Of a DNA stretch of 64,000 bases, positions 9,842 through 18,111 are shown piece by piece (within the stretch, counting starts at the first letter, position 1; the number at the start of each line of letters is the position of its first letter). Position numbers and translations under genes: made by a program. Source of the DNA: an uncultured Candidatus Saccharibacteria bacterium (GTDB lineage: Bacteria; Patescibacteriota; Saccharimonadia; Saccharimonadales; JAGQNJ01). The stretch lies in the NCBI GenBank assembly GCA_964602865.1, contig CAZRSX010000003.1, positions 65,288-129,287 on the forward strand, written 5' to 3'. Below the pieces are notes generated by a model that was given only the letters and a program-made list of their open reading frames with translations, was not told where the DNA came from and searched no databases.

Positions 9842-10534
9842 TCAGGGTTCAATAATCGTCACGATTGGCGCGTGATCTGATCCGCCAAACGGCAGAACTT
9901 CGTGAGAAACCGGACGCAAACCCGACAAGAACATTCTATCGAACTGGCTTTGTATGATTGGATTGGTGTGCGTTCTATAGGTGTCACCGCCCGCGCCGTC
10001 GTGGTAACCAAATTGCTGCGCAATATTGAGCAAGCCTTTTGAGAACAGTGGATAATTAAAATCGCCGGTCAGAATAGCGCCTCGATTACTGCCGTTTTGT
10101 TGGTAGCCTTCCATTCTAGAAAACGCTTCATACGCCTGTTGCCTTCTGGCATGGTTAGAGGCATAGAGGTTTGCCAGGTGAATATTACCGACTGTCAGCG
10201 CTTCGCCGCTATCATTGAACTTCAAAACGCTCGCCAGCAAACGAAACCGCTCAGTTTTAGCTCGTTCGTACCACGCAAGCGGCAAGCGGTGACTTTCACT
10301 CTCGACGTGTTCAAAAATTTCAGGATTATAGTAGGTCGCCAAGCCAACGCGTCCCAACTGAGCCGTTTCTGCCAAAACCAATCCGCCGGCCTCGCGTTTT
10401 ACTTTTGCAGGCACTACTTCTTGCAAGCAAATGATATCGGCATGGGAGGTCTCCGCCAGGGCTGCTAACTCACTGTAGCCCTCATGAAGTTTGACATTGT
10501 ACGAAACTACTTTAATCATTCCGGAATCTTGCAA
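9842..10534 (-). CDS. endonuclease/exonuclease/phosphatase (EEP) family protein
   Basis: 230 aa. DIICLQEV, GDFNYP and the C-terminal GSDHAP motifs. Alternative start at 10519 (MIKVVSYNV). Confidence 0.75.
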   Translation of the reverse strand: MQDSGMIKVVSYNVKLHEGYSELAALAETSHADIICLQEVVPAKVKREAGGLVLAETAQLGRVGLATYYNPEIFEHVESESHRLPLAWYERAKTERFRLLASVLKFNDSGEALTVGNIHLANLYASNHARRQQAYEAFSRMEGYQQNGSNRGAILTGDFNYPLFSKGLLNIAQQFGYHDGAGGDTYRTHTNPIIQSQFDRMFLSGLRPVSHEVLPFGGSDHAPIVTIIEP

Positions 10535-10596
10535 ATCCCTTCATGACTTCAAGTGTAGGTGTTAAAAGAAGAAAAGTCGAGAAGAACGGTAGTGCC

Positions 10597-11676
10597 TTAA
10601 TCGTCAACTGTTGGTCTGTCGAGTAAAAGCGGCTCGATGACCGATTCGCTACCGGCGATTTTGACGATGTCTTTGTCTATTCTGCCCAGTTCTTTGCTGG
10701 CACTGTTATAGTGCCCCACTGTTGCGCCCAGGCTGGTGCCGACTTTTTTGAAATAGCCGTCGTATTTAATAAGGTGGGTGGTCAGCTGCTCGACATTTTT
10801 ACGGATAACTTCGGTGTCTTTTTGGATTTCTAAACTGCGCATGCCCTGCACAATGACCTGCAGCATGGCCGAGAGCGTACTCGGGCCGACAATCGTCACA
10901 CGCTTGTCTACCGCCGCGTATTGCATCAGGTCGCGGCCATTGACGCCGCCAGCTCCGACTTTGTTGGCCAGCAAATCGTAGTAGATAGCTTCGCTCGGGA
11001 TAAACATCAAGGCTTGTTCGAGTGTGCCTTTTTTGGGCTGGATATATTTGGCCGTTTCGTCGATACGTTTTTTGAGATCTTCTTTGAACTGCTTTTCCAA
11101 GCCTGCGCGCGCGGCACCTTTGGCCTCAATCAGGCGGTTATAATTCTCCAGGCTAAACTTGCTATCGATCGGCAGCAGCTTGTCATCAAGCTTGATGGCC
11201 GCGTCCACCACCAGCCCCTCGGCCAGCTTGTGCTGCAAGACATAACTACCCGGCGGTAATTGGTTTTGTAAAATCTGGTCCAGGTAGAATTCGCCCAAGA
11301 CGCCGCGCTGTTTGGGATTTTGCAGCACGTTTTGCAAACTTTTTAGTTCGTCGGCCACATCAACCACGCGCTTGTTGGTTTCGTCGAGCTTGGTCAACCG
11401 CTGCGTCACATCAGCGATAATTTTGGCACTTTGGGCAAACTGCCGCTGAATACTGGTATTGAGTTCTGTCTGTGACTTGCTCAATTTTTCGTTGATATTT
11501 TCACTCAAAGACTTCTGTAGCTCGTTGACACCTTTGTTGAGATTGTCGAGATCCGTTTTGAGCAAACTGGTCGCCTGGTCATTGTTCACACTCGATAGCT
11601 TTTGATTCAACACAAAAATCACCGCCCCAAAACCAGCTGCGATGACGACGATAATTACTACCCCAAGCATATCCAT
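10597..11676 (-). CDS. rmuC: DNA recombination protein RmuC
   Basis: 359 aa. N-terminal TM helix, long coiled coil, and a C-terminal MFIPSEAIY...VTIVGPSTL nuclease-like core typical of RmuC. Confidence 0.8.
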   Translation of the reverse strand: MDMLGVVIIVVIAAGFGAVIFVLNQKLSSVNNDQATSLLKTDLDNLNKGVNELQKSLSENINEKLSKSQTELNTSIQRQFAQSAKIIADVTQRLTKLDETNKRVVDVADELKSLQNVLQNPKQRGVLGEFYLDQILQNQLPPGSYVLQHKLAEGLVVDAAIKLDDKLLPIDSKFSLENYNRLIEAKGAARAGLEKQFKEDLKKRIDETAKYIQPKKGTLEQALMFIPSEAIYYDLLANKVGAGGVNGRDLMQYAAVDKRVTIVGPSTLSAMLQVIVQGMRSLEIQKDTEVIRKNVEQLTTHLIKYDGYFKKVGTSLGATVGHYNSASKELGRIDKDIVKIAGSESVIEPLLLDRPTVDD

Positions 11677-11719
11677 GCCTACAATTATACTGGTTGTGCT
11701 CTGGTTATGCTACTCGCGG

Positions 11720-12589
11720 CTAGTCGTTACGGTCATCTTCATGATCTTCTTCGTGCTCGTGGTCGTCTTCGTCCTCGGTATGTTCATCGGCGTGTTCGGC
11801 TGTGGTTGTATTGTGACCATGATCGTGGCCAGCGTCAATGTACTGGTGCGCGTAATTTGTCACAAGTCCGACTGTCAGTACGCCCAAAATAAGCAGAAAC
11901 GCCTGGGCATCAAGTAAGCTACGCTTCTGCTTTGCATGAATCGACGGTATTACATCACTCAGCGCAATGTAAAGCAAAAATCCCGCGCTCAAGCCAAGCA
12001 GCGCGCCGATTGGTAGCTGTCCGCCTTCGCCAATCAAGAATGTTGCAACCGCAAACACTATGGTTGCGAGCGCACTGAGCAAGTTCGCAAGCATGACATT
12101 GCGCCGACGCATACCTTTTGACAGCAGTAGGCCGAAGTCCCCGATCTCTTGCGGTATTTCGTGAGCCGCGACAGCTATGGTCGTCACAATACCAGTCGGT
12201 ATACTGACCATAAACGAAGCAGCAATCGCGACACCATCAAGTCCATTGTGTAGTGTATCTCCAAAGATAATGAGCCATTTCCGCGGATCGGTTGTGTCGG
12301 CATGCTCATGATGGTGGTGAAACCAGTGTAAGAACGTTTCCGCAAAGAAAAACAGGAGTATCCCAATCAGTGCCGCGAGAAGTACTTGGTATGTTTCGCC
12401 ACTGACCTCAAGTCCTTCCTTGAGCAAATCCAGGAATACGGCGGCCAGCAATGCGCCCCCCGCAAATGGTGTCGCATATTTGGCGACCGATTGGGCTCTT
12501 TTTTTGTTGCTTAATAATAGGAGTCCGCCGAGCAGCGAGAACACACTCCCGATAAGCGAAAAAATAATGATGTATGTCAATGTATCCAT
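11720..12589 (-). CDS. ZIP-family divalent metal (zinc) transporter with His/Asp/Glu-rich C-terminal tail
   Basis: 289 aa. Multi-TM with HHHHEH loop and AAHEIPQEIGDFG signature. C-terminal tail GHDHGHNTTTAEHADEHTEDEDDHEHEEDHEDD. Confidence 0.8.
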   Translation of the reverse strand: MDTLTYIIIFSLIGSVFSLLGGLLLLSNKKRAQSVAKYATPFAGGALLAAVFLDLLKEGLEVSGETYQVLLAALIGILLFFFAETFLHWFHHHHEHADTTDPRKWLIIFGDTLHNGLDGVAIAASFMVSIPTGIVTTIAVAAHEIPQEIGDFGLLLSKGMRRRNVMLANLLSALATIVFAVATFLIGEGGQLPIGALLGLSAGFLLYIALSDVIPSIHAKQKRSLLDAQAFLLILGVLTVGLVTNYAHQYIDAGHDHGHNTTTAEHADEHTEDEDDHEHEEDHEDDRND

Positions 12590-12629
12590 GGGAACAGCAT
12601 ATGGTTGGATTATGGTTTTTGCAAATTTG

Positions 12630-12653
12630 TTGCAATTTTTGTTATAATTGCAA
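12630..12653. promoter_or_regulatory. candidate Fur/Zur operator overlapping a -10 element
   Basis: Inverted repeat TTGCAAT-N10-ATTGCAA spans TATAAT (12643-12648) in the 66-bp divergent ZIP/Fur-family spacer. A third palindromic TTGCAA hexamer lies at 12619-12624. Confidence 0.35.
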
Positions 12654-12655
12654 TT

Positions 12656-13090
12656 ATGACCGAAGTAAACGAATTACTCATCAGAACACTCAAAGATAGT
12701 GGGTATAGCGTCACAACCGTCCGCAAGCAGGTTTTCCAAGCCCTAGACCAGAAAGAACCGCTGGAAATGCGCAACATCGTTGCCGCACTGCCCGGTGTTG
12801 ATAAAGTCAGTATCTACCGCACGATTGCCCTGTTCGAAAAACTCGGCATCGTCCACCGCTTACAGATTGGCTGGAAATACAAACTGGAGCTGACTGACAC
12901 GTTTAGCTACCACCATCATCACCTCACGTGCAGACAATGTGGCAAAGTTATATCGTTGCCAGAAAACGCAATACTCGAAACCAGCCTGCACGCACTTGCA
13001 AACCAACATGGCTACCGCGATCTTTCCCACCAGCTCGAAATCACCGGCATCTGCCCCGCCTGCCAAAAACAAAATCTTCAGGGCTTATGA
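12656..13090 (+). CDS. Fur-family metalloregulator (Zur-like by context)
   Basis: MTEVNELLIRTLKDSGYSVTTVRKQVFQAL is a winged-helix region. HHHHLTCRQCGK...CPAC are the paired Cys metal sites. Start at 12656; the track start at 12605 would cover the promoter region. Confidence 0.75.
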   Translation: MTEVNELLIRTLKDSGYSVTTVRKQVFQALDQKEPLEMRNIVAALPGVDKVSIYRTIALFEKLGIVHRLQIGWKYKLELTDTFSYHHHHLTCRQCGKVISLPENAILETSLHALANQHGYRDLSHQLEITGICPACQKQNLQGL

Positions 13091-13103
13091 AATGTATCCG
13101 AAC

Positions 13104-13634
13104 TCATAGTTTCAGTTCTGCAATTTGGCTAAGAGGCTTGTCGTTGATATATGTGGTATCAATAAACTGTTGATAAAAGTCTGCTCCAAAGTGACGAGCA
13201 CCGTCAAGACAGGTCTGCAAGTAACGAGCCTGGGCTTCGGAAGTAAAATCGTACACCCCATCACGTTTATCAGAAACAAATACCAGACATAGGCCAATTG
13301 GCTTACCGGAAGTAAAATCATAGGCCATCGTTTGTAACACTCTGTAATCATGCTCTCTGGCTATCAATGCCTCGTAGTCGTGCTCAGCAACTTCAAGCAC
13401 AATACCGTTCACTACAGAGTCATTTGCATCATTCTGCGTAATGTTGACCGCACAGTAGGGCAAGCCGGCTAAATCGAGATTGGTGTCTGTAAAACCCTTC
13501 TCATCAATAAGGTCAAAGCTCCTTTTGAACCCCTGTATGTATGCAGGCTGCACATTGCCGGCCCGAGGTGCGGTAGCTTGCAATGACTTGTGATTCAATA
13601 ATGACCCGTAGCCGAATACTTGATACTTATTCAT
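13104..13634 (-). CDS. gamma-glutamylcyclotransferase-like (GGCT/AIG2-like) protein
   Basis: Start at internal ATG 13634. MNKYQVFGYGSLLNHKSL matches the YGSL motif of the GGCT-like fold. Confidence 0.55.
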   Translation of the reverse strand: MNKYQVFGYGSLLNHKSLQATAPRAGNVQPAYIQGFKRSFDLIDEKGFTDTNLDLAGLPYCAVNITQNDANDSVVNGIVLEVAEHDYEALIAREHDYRVLQTMAYDFTSGKPIGLCLVFVSDKRDGVYDFTSEAQARYLQTCLDGARHFGADFYQQFIDTTYINDKPLSQIAELKL

Positions 13635-13726
13635 AGGCAAAAGTATACCGCATCCTGGGCAAGTAAGATTGGTGATCGAATTCTCCAAGAGATTGGCGTA
13701 TAAGTTCTTGCAACTGCGCTCGATCA

Positions 13727-14083
13727 ATGTATATCGCGATGTTGTTGGATAGTGGTATGAGCTTTGATGAAACGCGAACCTTGACGATAGAGACATTGAG
13801 CGGTATTGATATTGATGCTCAGGTTGCGCCCAGTCAGCTCAGCCATGCCGATTTTTTCGATACTTCACCAGGTCGCGGCTTTCAACACCTTGCTAAATCA
13901 TTTGCAGAAAATGGAGTAATGTCTGGCGACGCTCAAAACCATCAGCTTGCTTTGGCCCGTGAAATATTTTTAGACACGGCGACCCTTACGATGCATAGAG
14001 TGAGGGAAGTGCAAAAAGAAACCGGACAAATCCTATTGCCAAAGCCGGGATTATCAAGTGGCAACATTGAACCAAACTGGTAA
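13727..14083 (+). CDS. hypothetical protein (weak call)
   Basis: 118-aa ORF with no recognisable motif. It is the only sizeable ORF in this gap. Confidence 0.3.
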   Translation: MYIAMLLDSGMSFDETRTLTIETLSGIDIDAQVAPSQLSHADFFDTSPGRGFQHLAKSFAENGVMSGDAQNHQLALAREIFLDTATLTMHRVREVQKETGQILLPKPGLSSGNIEPNW

Positions 14084-14296
14084 CTCTTAACACTTGGTTT
14101 ACCTAAGCTGTCATAAAACGCAAAAAAACATGGACCCTGGCATTGCTACCAGGGTCTGAGGAAGTCTCTCACTTCCTGACTTTAGCATAAGCATTCGTAA
14201 CAAAAATAGCTGTGACTTTTATCACACGAGTCCCGCACCAGCTGGCCTGCTAACGTCAACTTGCGGTCTTTTACGCATATGCTTACAATAGGTGTA

Positions 14297-15223
14297 ATGA
14301 GCAAGCACGAAACCATAATTTCCGTCCAAAAACTTGTCAAAAAATTCGGTAGCTTCACTGCACTCAACCAGCTTGATCTTGCGGTCAAAAAGGGCGAAGT
14401 CCATGGCTTTTTGGGGCCTAACGGTTCGGGTAAATCAACGACGATCCGCGTATTGCTGGGGTTACTCCGAAAAACCAGCGGCGATGTCACCATGCTTGGC
14501 AAAGACCCGTGGCATGATTCGGTTGAACTGCACAAGCACCTGACGTATGTGCCAGGCGATGTCAACTTGTGGCCCAACCTGTCGGGCGGCGAAGTCATTG
14601 ACCTGTTCGCCGACTTGCGCGGCGGCATTAACAAACAACGCCGTGATAAACTCTTAAAAGATTTCCAGCTCGATCCAACCAAAAAATGTCGCACCTACTC
14701 CAAGGGTAATCGTCAAAAAGTCGCCCTGGTAGCGGCGCTGGCTTCTGACGCTGAGCTGTATATTTTAGACGAGCCGACCAGCGGGTTGGATCCGCTGATG
14801 GAATCGGTGTTCCAAAGCTATATCAAAGAACTCAAGAAAGCTCACAAAACCGTGTTGCTCTCCAGCCATATTTTGGCCGAAGTCGAGGCGCTGGCCGACC
14901 GCGTGACCATTATCCGCGAGGGTAAAACCGTCGAAACCGGCACCTTGTCGGAGCTGCGCCACCTGAGTCGCAACAGCGTCCACGTTGAAACCAAGAAGCC
15001 GTTGTCTGGTCTGGACACCATGAAAGGCGTGCATGATTTCAAGTTAGCGTCAAAACACGCCGCCGCGTTTGATCTCGACCACGATGCTATCAATAAAGTC
15101 GTCGCCCACTTGAGCAAGTTCGACATTGAGAGTTTCACCAGCGAACCGCCGACGCTCGAAGAACTGTTCATGCGCCATTACGATACGGACATCGCCGCCG
15201 ACACTGCCGCGGAGCAATCCTGA
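14297..15223 (+). CDS. ABC transporter ATP-binding protein
   Basis: GPNGSGKST (Walker A), LSGG signature, LYILDEPTSGLD (Walker B). Start at ATG 14297 (MSKHETIISVQKL). TTGCGG-N17-TACAAT lies at 14261-14289. Confidence 0.85.
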   Translation: MSKHETIISVQKLVKKFGSFTALNQLDLAVKKGEVHGFLGPNGSGKSTTIRVLLGLLRKTSGDVTMLGKDPWHDSVELHKHLTYVPGDVNLWPNLSGGEVIDLFADLRGGINKQRRDKLLKDFQLDPTKKCRTYSKGNRQKVALVAALASDAELYILDEPTSGLDPLMESVFQSYIKELKKAHKTVLLSSHILAEVEALADRVTIIREGKTVETGTLSELRHLSRNSVHVETKKPLSGLDTMKGVHDFKLASKHAAAFDLDHDAINKVVAHLSKFDIESFTSEPPTLEELFMRHYDTDIAADTAAEQS

Positions 15224-16854
15224 TGCGCGCACTCAAGGGAACAGGGCGTCTGGTTCGTTTGGCATTGCGGCGCGACCGCATGAAGCTGCCGGTCTGGATT
15301 ATTAGTATCTTGCTACTTGGTGCGGTCACGGCGAGCTCGATTGAGGCAACGTATGGCCAGGGTGAAGCCGAACGGCTATCCTACGCCACCACCATGGCCC
15401 CGAGCGCTGTCGGCCGTATGTTTGGTGGTGCGATTAGCGGCCCAAGCATCGGCGAGATTATCGTCATCGAGAGTTTTTTGTGGGTAGGGCTCGGTGTCAT
15501 ACTGATGAACATTTTCTTGGTCGTCCGGCACACTCGTCAGCACGAAGAACAAGGCCAGGCTGAACTGATTGGTGCAATGCAAGTCGGCCGGCAATCCGCA
15601 CTCACGGCAGCGCTCCTGACAGCGCTTGGCGCTAATTTCATAGTTGGGGCATTGCTGGCCAGTACCTTTATTGCACTTGGCTTTGAGACAACCGGTGCGC
15701 TGGCCTACAGCGTTGGTATCACCTTGCTCGGCTGCATGTTTGCGGTTATTGCCGCCGTCACCAGCCAGCTTTCTGAAAATACTCGTGGTGCTTCGGGTCT
15801 GGCCGGTGCATTTTTAGGTGGCGCGTTTTTGGTGCGGGCTATTGGCGACGCACTCGGTACCGTTGGTGCTGATGGCGTCAGTGTGACCAGCAGCTGGCTT
15901 TCATGGCTGAGCCCTATCGGCTGGATACAACAAGTCCGGCCGTTTGGCGATGAACGGTGGTGGGTACTCGCCTTATGCGTCGGCTTTATACTCGCTGGTG
16001 TTGCCCTCGCCTACGGTTTGCTGGCGAGGCGTGACATCGGCTCGGGAATCCTGACCAGTAAAAGTGGCCAGGCTAACGCCCGCGCCAGTCTGCTGAGACC
16101 GCTTGGACTCATCTGGCGGCTGCACCACGTCGCCTTTATTGCCTGGCTGGTCGGTATTATTATCATGGGCGCGTCAGTCGGTGGCGCCGCCCCTGAATTC
16201 GAGAACATGATTGCCGAAAATCCGCAGATCCAGGAAATCTTACAGAGCATGGGCGGCAGTGGCGACTTTACCGGTATCTTGTTTGGCTCAACCTTTGCGC
16301 TCGGTGCCATAACACTGGGCGCCTTTACTGTGCAATCCGTCCTGCGCACGCGTCATGAGGAGGCTGAGGGTCGCGCCGAAGCGGTGTTGGCCACGCCGCT
16401 CAGCCGGGTTCGCTGGCTGCTTCGCTACGTCATCTATACGACGCTGACCACGACTGTTTTGCTAGCCAGTTTGGGGGCTTCGACCGGACTGGTTTTTGGT
16501 CTGATAGAGGGCGATGTACTGTATTGGACTCATGAACTCACCGAAGCAACGCTCGTCTACGTGCCGGCCGTGTTAGCGCTCGGCGGACTGGCAATGTTTC
16601 TGGTCGGTATTATTCCGCGCTTCGCTGTAGCCTTGTCGTGGACAGCCTTTACGATCGTATTATTAGTTGCACAATTTGGCGCATTGCTCAAACTGCCGAC
16701 ATGGGTGATGAACATATCGCCGTTCGTGCACACGCCTACCCTGCCCGCCGCATCGTTCAGCCTGACACCGCTAGTGATTCAAGCTGTCGCAGCGCTGCTG
16801 CTGTTGGTACTAGGCCTGGTTGCCTTCCGCTCCCGCGATCTCAGCACAAGCTAA
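15223..16854 (+). CDS. ABC-2-type exporter permease (12-TM class)
   Basis: 543 aa, highly hydrophobic. ATGA-type start/stop overlap with the ATPase gene. Confidence 0.7.
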   Translation: MRALKGTGRLVRLALRRDRMKLPVWIISILLLGAVTASSIEATYGQGEAERLSYATTMAPSAVGRMFGGAISGPSIGEIIVIESFLWVGLGVILMNIFLVVRHTRQHEEQGQAELIGAMQVGRQSALTAALLTALGANFIVGALLASTFIALGFETTGALAYSVGITLLGCMFAVIAAVTSQLSENTRGASGLAGAFLGGAFLVRAIGDALGTVGADGVSVTSSWLSWLSPIGWIQQVRPFGDERWWVLALCVGFILAGVALAYGLLARRDIGSGILTSKSGQANARASLLRPLGLIWRLHHVAFIAWLVGIIIMGASVGGAAPEFENMIAENPQIQEILQSMGGSGDFTGILFGSTFALGAITLGAFTVQSVLRTRHEEAEGRAEAVLATPLSRVRWLLRYVIYTTLTTTVLLASLGASTGLVFGLIEGDVLYWTHELTEATLVYVPAVLALGGLAMFLVGIIPRFAVALSWTAFTIVLLVAQFGALLKLPTWVMNISPFVHTPTLPAASFSLTPLVIQAVAALLLLVLGLVAFRSRDLSTS

Positions 16855-16870
16855 AACTTATATTATACGG

Positions 16871-17437
16871 TTAGAGGGATCGTTCGATGTAGCCCGCAGC
16901 CGTGCCGTTGTGCGAGAAAAACTTGGCCGCGAGCTTTGTTGTGCCTGGCTCGATAACATTAGTGTAGACGCACTTTTTGTTGCTACTGGTCGTTTCGACG
17001 TAGTCGTGCCACGCGCCATCGGTGTAGTGTTTGAGATAGCATTTTCCGGCTTTGTTGCTGGCGATATAAACCATGACGTTATCGCCTTCAACACTAAAAC
17101 GCAGACTGACTTGGGTTGGTTTTTCGTGTTTCTTGTCATTCTTGTCTTTGTCCGGTTTAAGGTTGGCCTCGTCCGGTTTGTCCATCTCAGACTTTTCGAC
17201 TTCGTCAGATTCTGGCTGGTCGGCTTCGGGTTCGGTTTCTGGCTCTTCGATGGTGTCAACCGCCGCCAAATCATCTGTCTTGAGCTCAGTCTCGGTCTGG
17301 TTTTGCTCAGCTTCCTGGCGGGCTACTTTGCGATTGTTTTGTATAAAAAAGCCGCTGCCAAAGATAGTCAGAGCCACTACAACAACGATCGGAACCATCG
17401 CTTTCTTGTTTTGCGATAATTTGACAAAAAAATTCAT
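16871..17437 (-). CDS. membrane-anchored hypothetical protein with acidic linker
   Basis: Start at internal ATG 17437 (MNFFVKLSQNKKAMVPIVVVVALTIFG). The longer track ORF would overlap the upstream MauE-like gene. Confidence 0.5.
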   Translation of the reverse strand: MNFFVKLSQNKKAMVPIVVVVALTIFGSGFFIQNNRKVARQEAEQNQTETELKTDDLAAVDTIEEPETEPEADQPESDEVEKSEMDKPDEANLKPDKDKNDKKHEKPTQVSLRFSVEGDNVMVYIASNKAGKCYLKHYTDGAWHDYVETTSSNKKCVYTNVIEPGTTKLAAKFFSHNGTAAGYIERSL

Positions 17438-17454
17438 AGCGCAGACGTACTCCT

Positions 17455-18060
17455 TTATATCACAAAGTGACTGATGAGCATTATAAGCGCCATCGAGGCC
17501 ATTGTCACATCTTCGATAAGCGTTACGGTCGTGAGCGGCAGCTTTATAACATTGCCCAGACACGCACAGCGGATAGCTTCGCCTCTGGGCAGCGCCTTTA
17601 GCACACCCCACGCGCCAACTGATAGCAATACAACCGTCACCGTGTCACGAAACAGCGGATAGAGGTTAGCGCAGTACAAGAAGCCAAGCATCAACTCGAT
17701 GAACGGATAGGTGTAATTATAGAGCTTGAATCGTTTGGCGATCGGGTCGTAGGTGGGAAACATCAAGATAAACATTTCGTAGCCAATCAGCTTGAAGCTA
17801 CCAAATATCACGAAAAAGCCGCCCATAAACCAGCGCATCCACTCTTGCCAGTCAAAGCCAAGTACCGTGCTCATAACCGTTGCACAGAGCATGATGACCA
17901 GAAAAACGCCGGCTAATTTGTAGTATTCTTTTTTGGTGCTCTCGGCTGGAACCATAACCGCCGTGTCATGCGTATGCTCAGCGTGTTCTTCGTTCGGACG
18001 GGGTTCTCCGGGCCGTCGCCGCGGGCGCTGTGCATAGTTGTCTGAATAGTGATAATCCAT
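17455..18060 (-). CDS. MauE/DoxX-family membrane protein
   Basis: 201 aa, 4-5 TM. RCACLGNVIKLPLTTVTLIEDV resembles MauE/DoxX-type redox membrane proteins. Confidence 0.55.
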   Translation of the reverse strand: MDYHYSDNYAQRPRRRPGEPRPNEEHAEHTHDTAVMVPAESTKKEYYKLAGVFLVIMLCATVMSTVLGFDWQEWMRWFMGGFFVIFGSFKLIGYEMFILMFPTYDPIAKRFKLYNYTYPFIELMLGFLYCANLYPLFRDTVTVVLLSVGAWGVLKALPRGEAIRCACLGNVIKLPLTTVTLIEDVTMASMALIMLISHFVI

Positions 18061-18111
18061 TAGCAGAATTATACCATCTTATATCGCGCTGCTTGACAAA
18101 ATTGCGGGAGG

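Noticed and set aside
14182-14694. 170-aa minus-strand ORF overlapping the ABC ATPase gene
   Set aside because: It is antisense to a gene with clear Walker A, signature and Walker B motifs, and it has no motifs of its own.
16820-17611. Plus-strand 199-aa and 133-aa ORFs, a 138-aa minus ORF, and the N-terminal extension (17438-17611) of the 246-aa minus ORF
   Set aside because: They have low-complexity composition. The extension would overlap the MauE-like gene, while the internal ATG at 17437 gives a sensible signal-anchor start.
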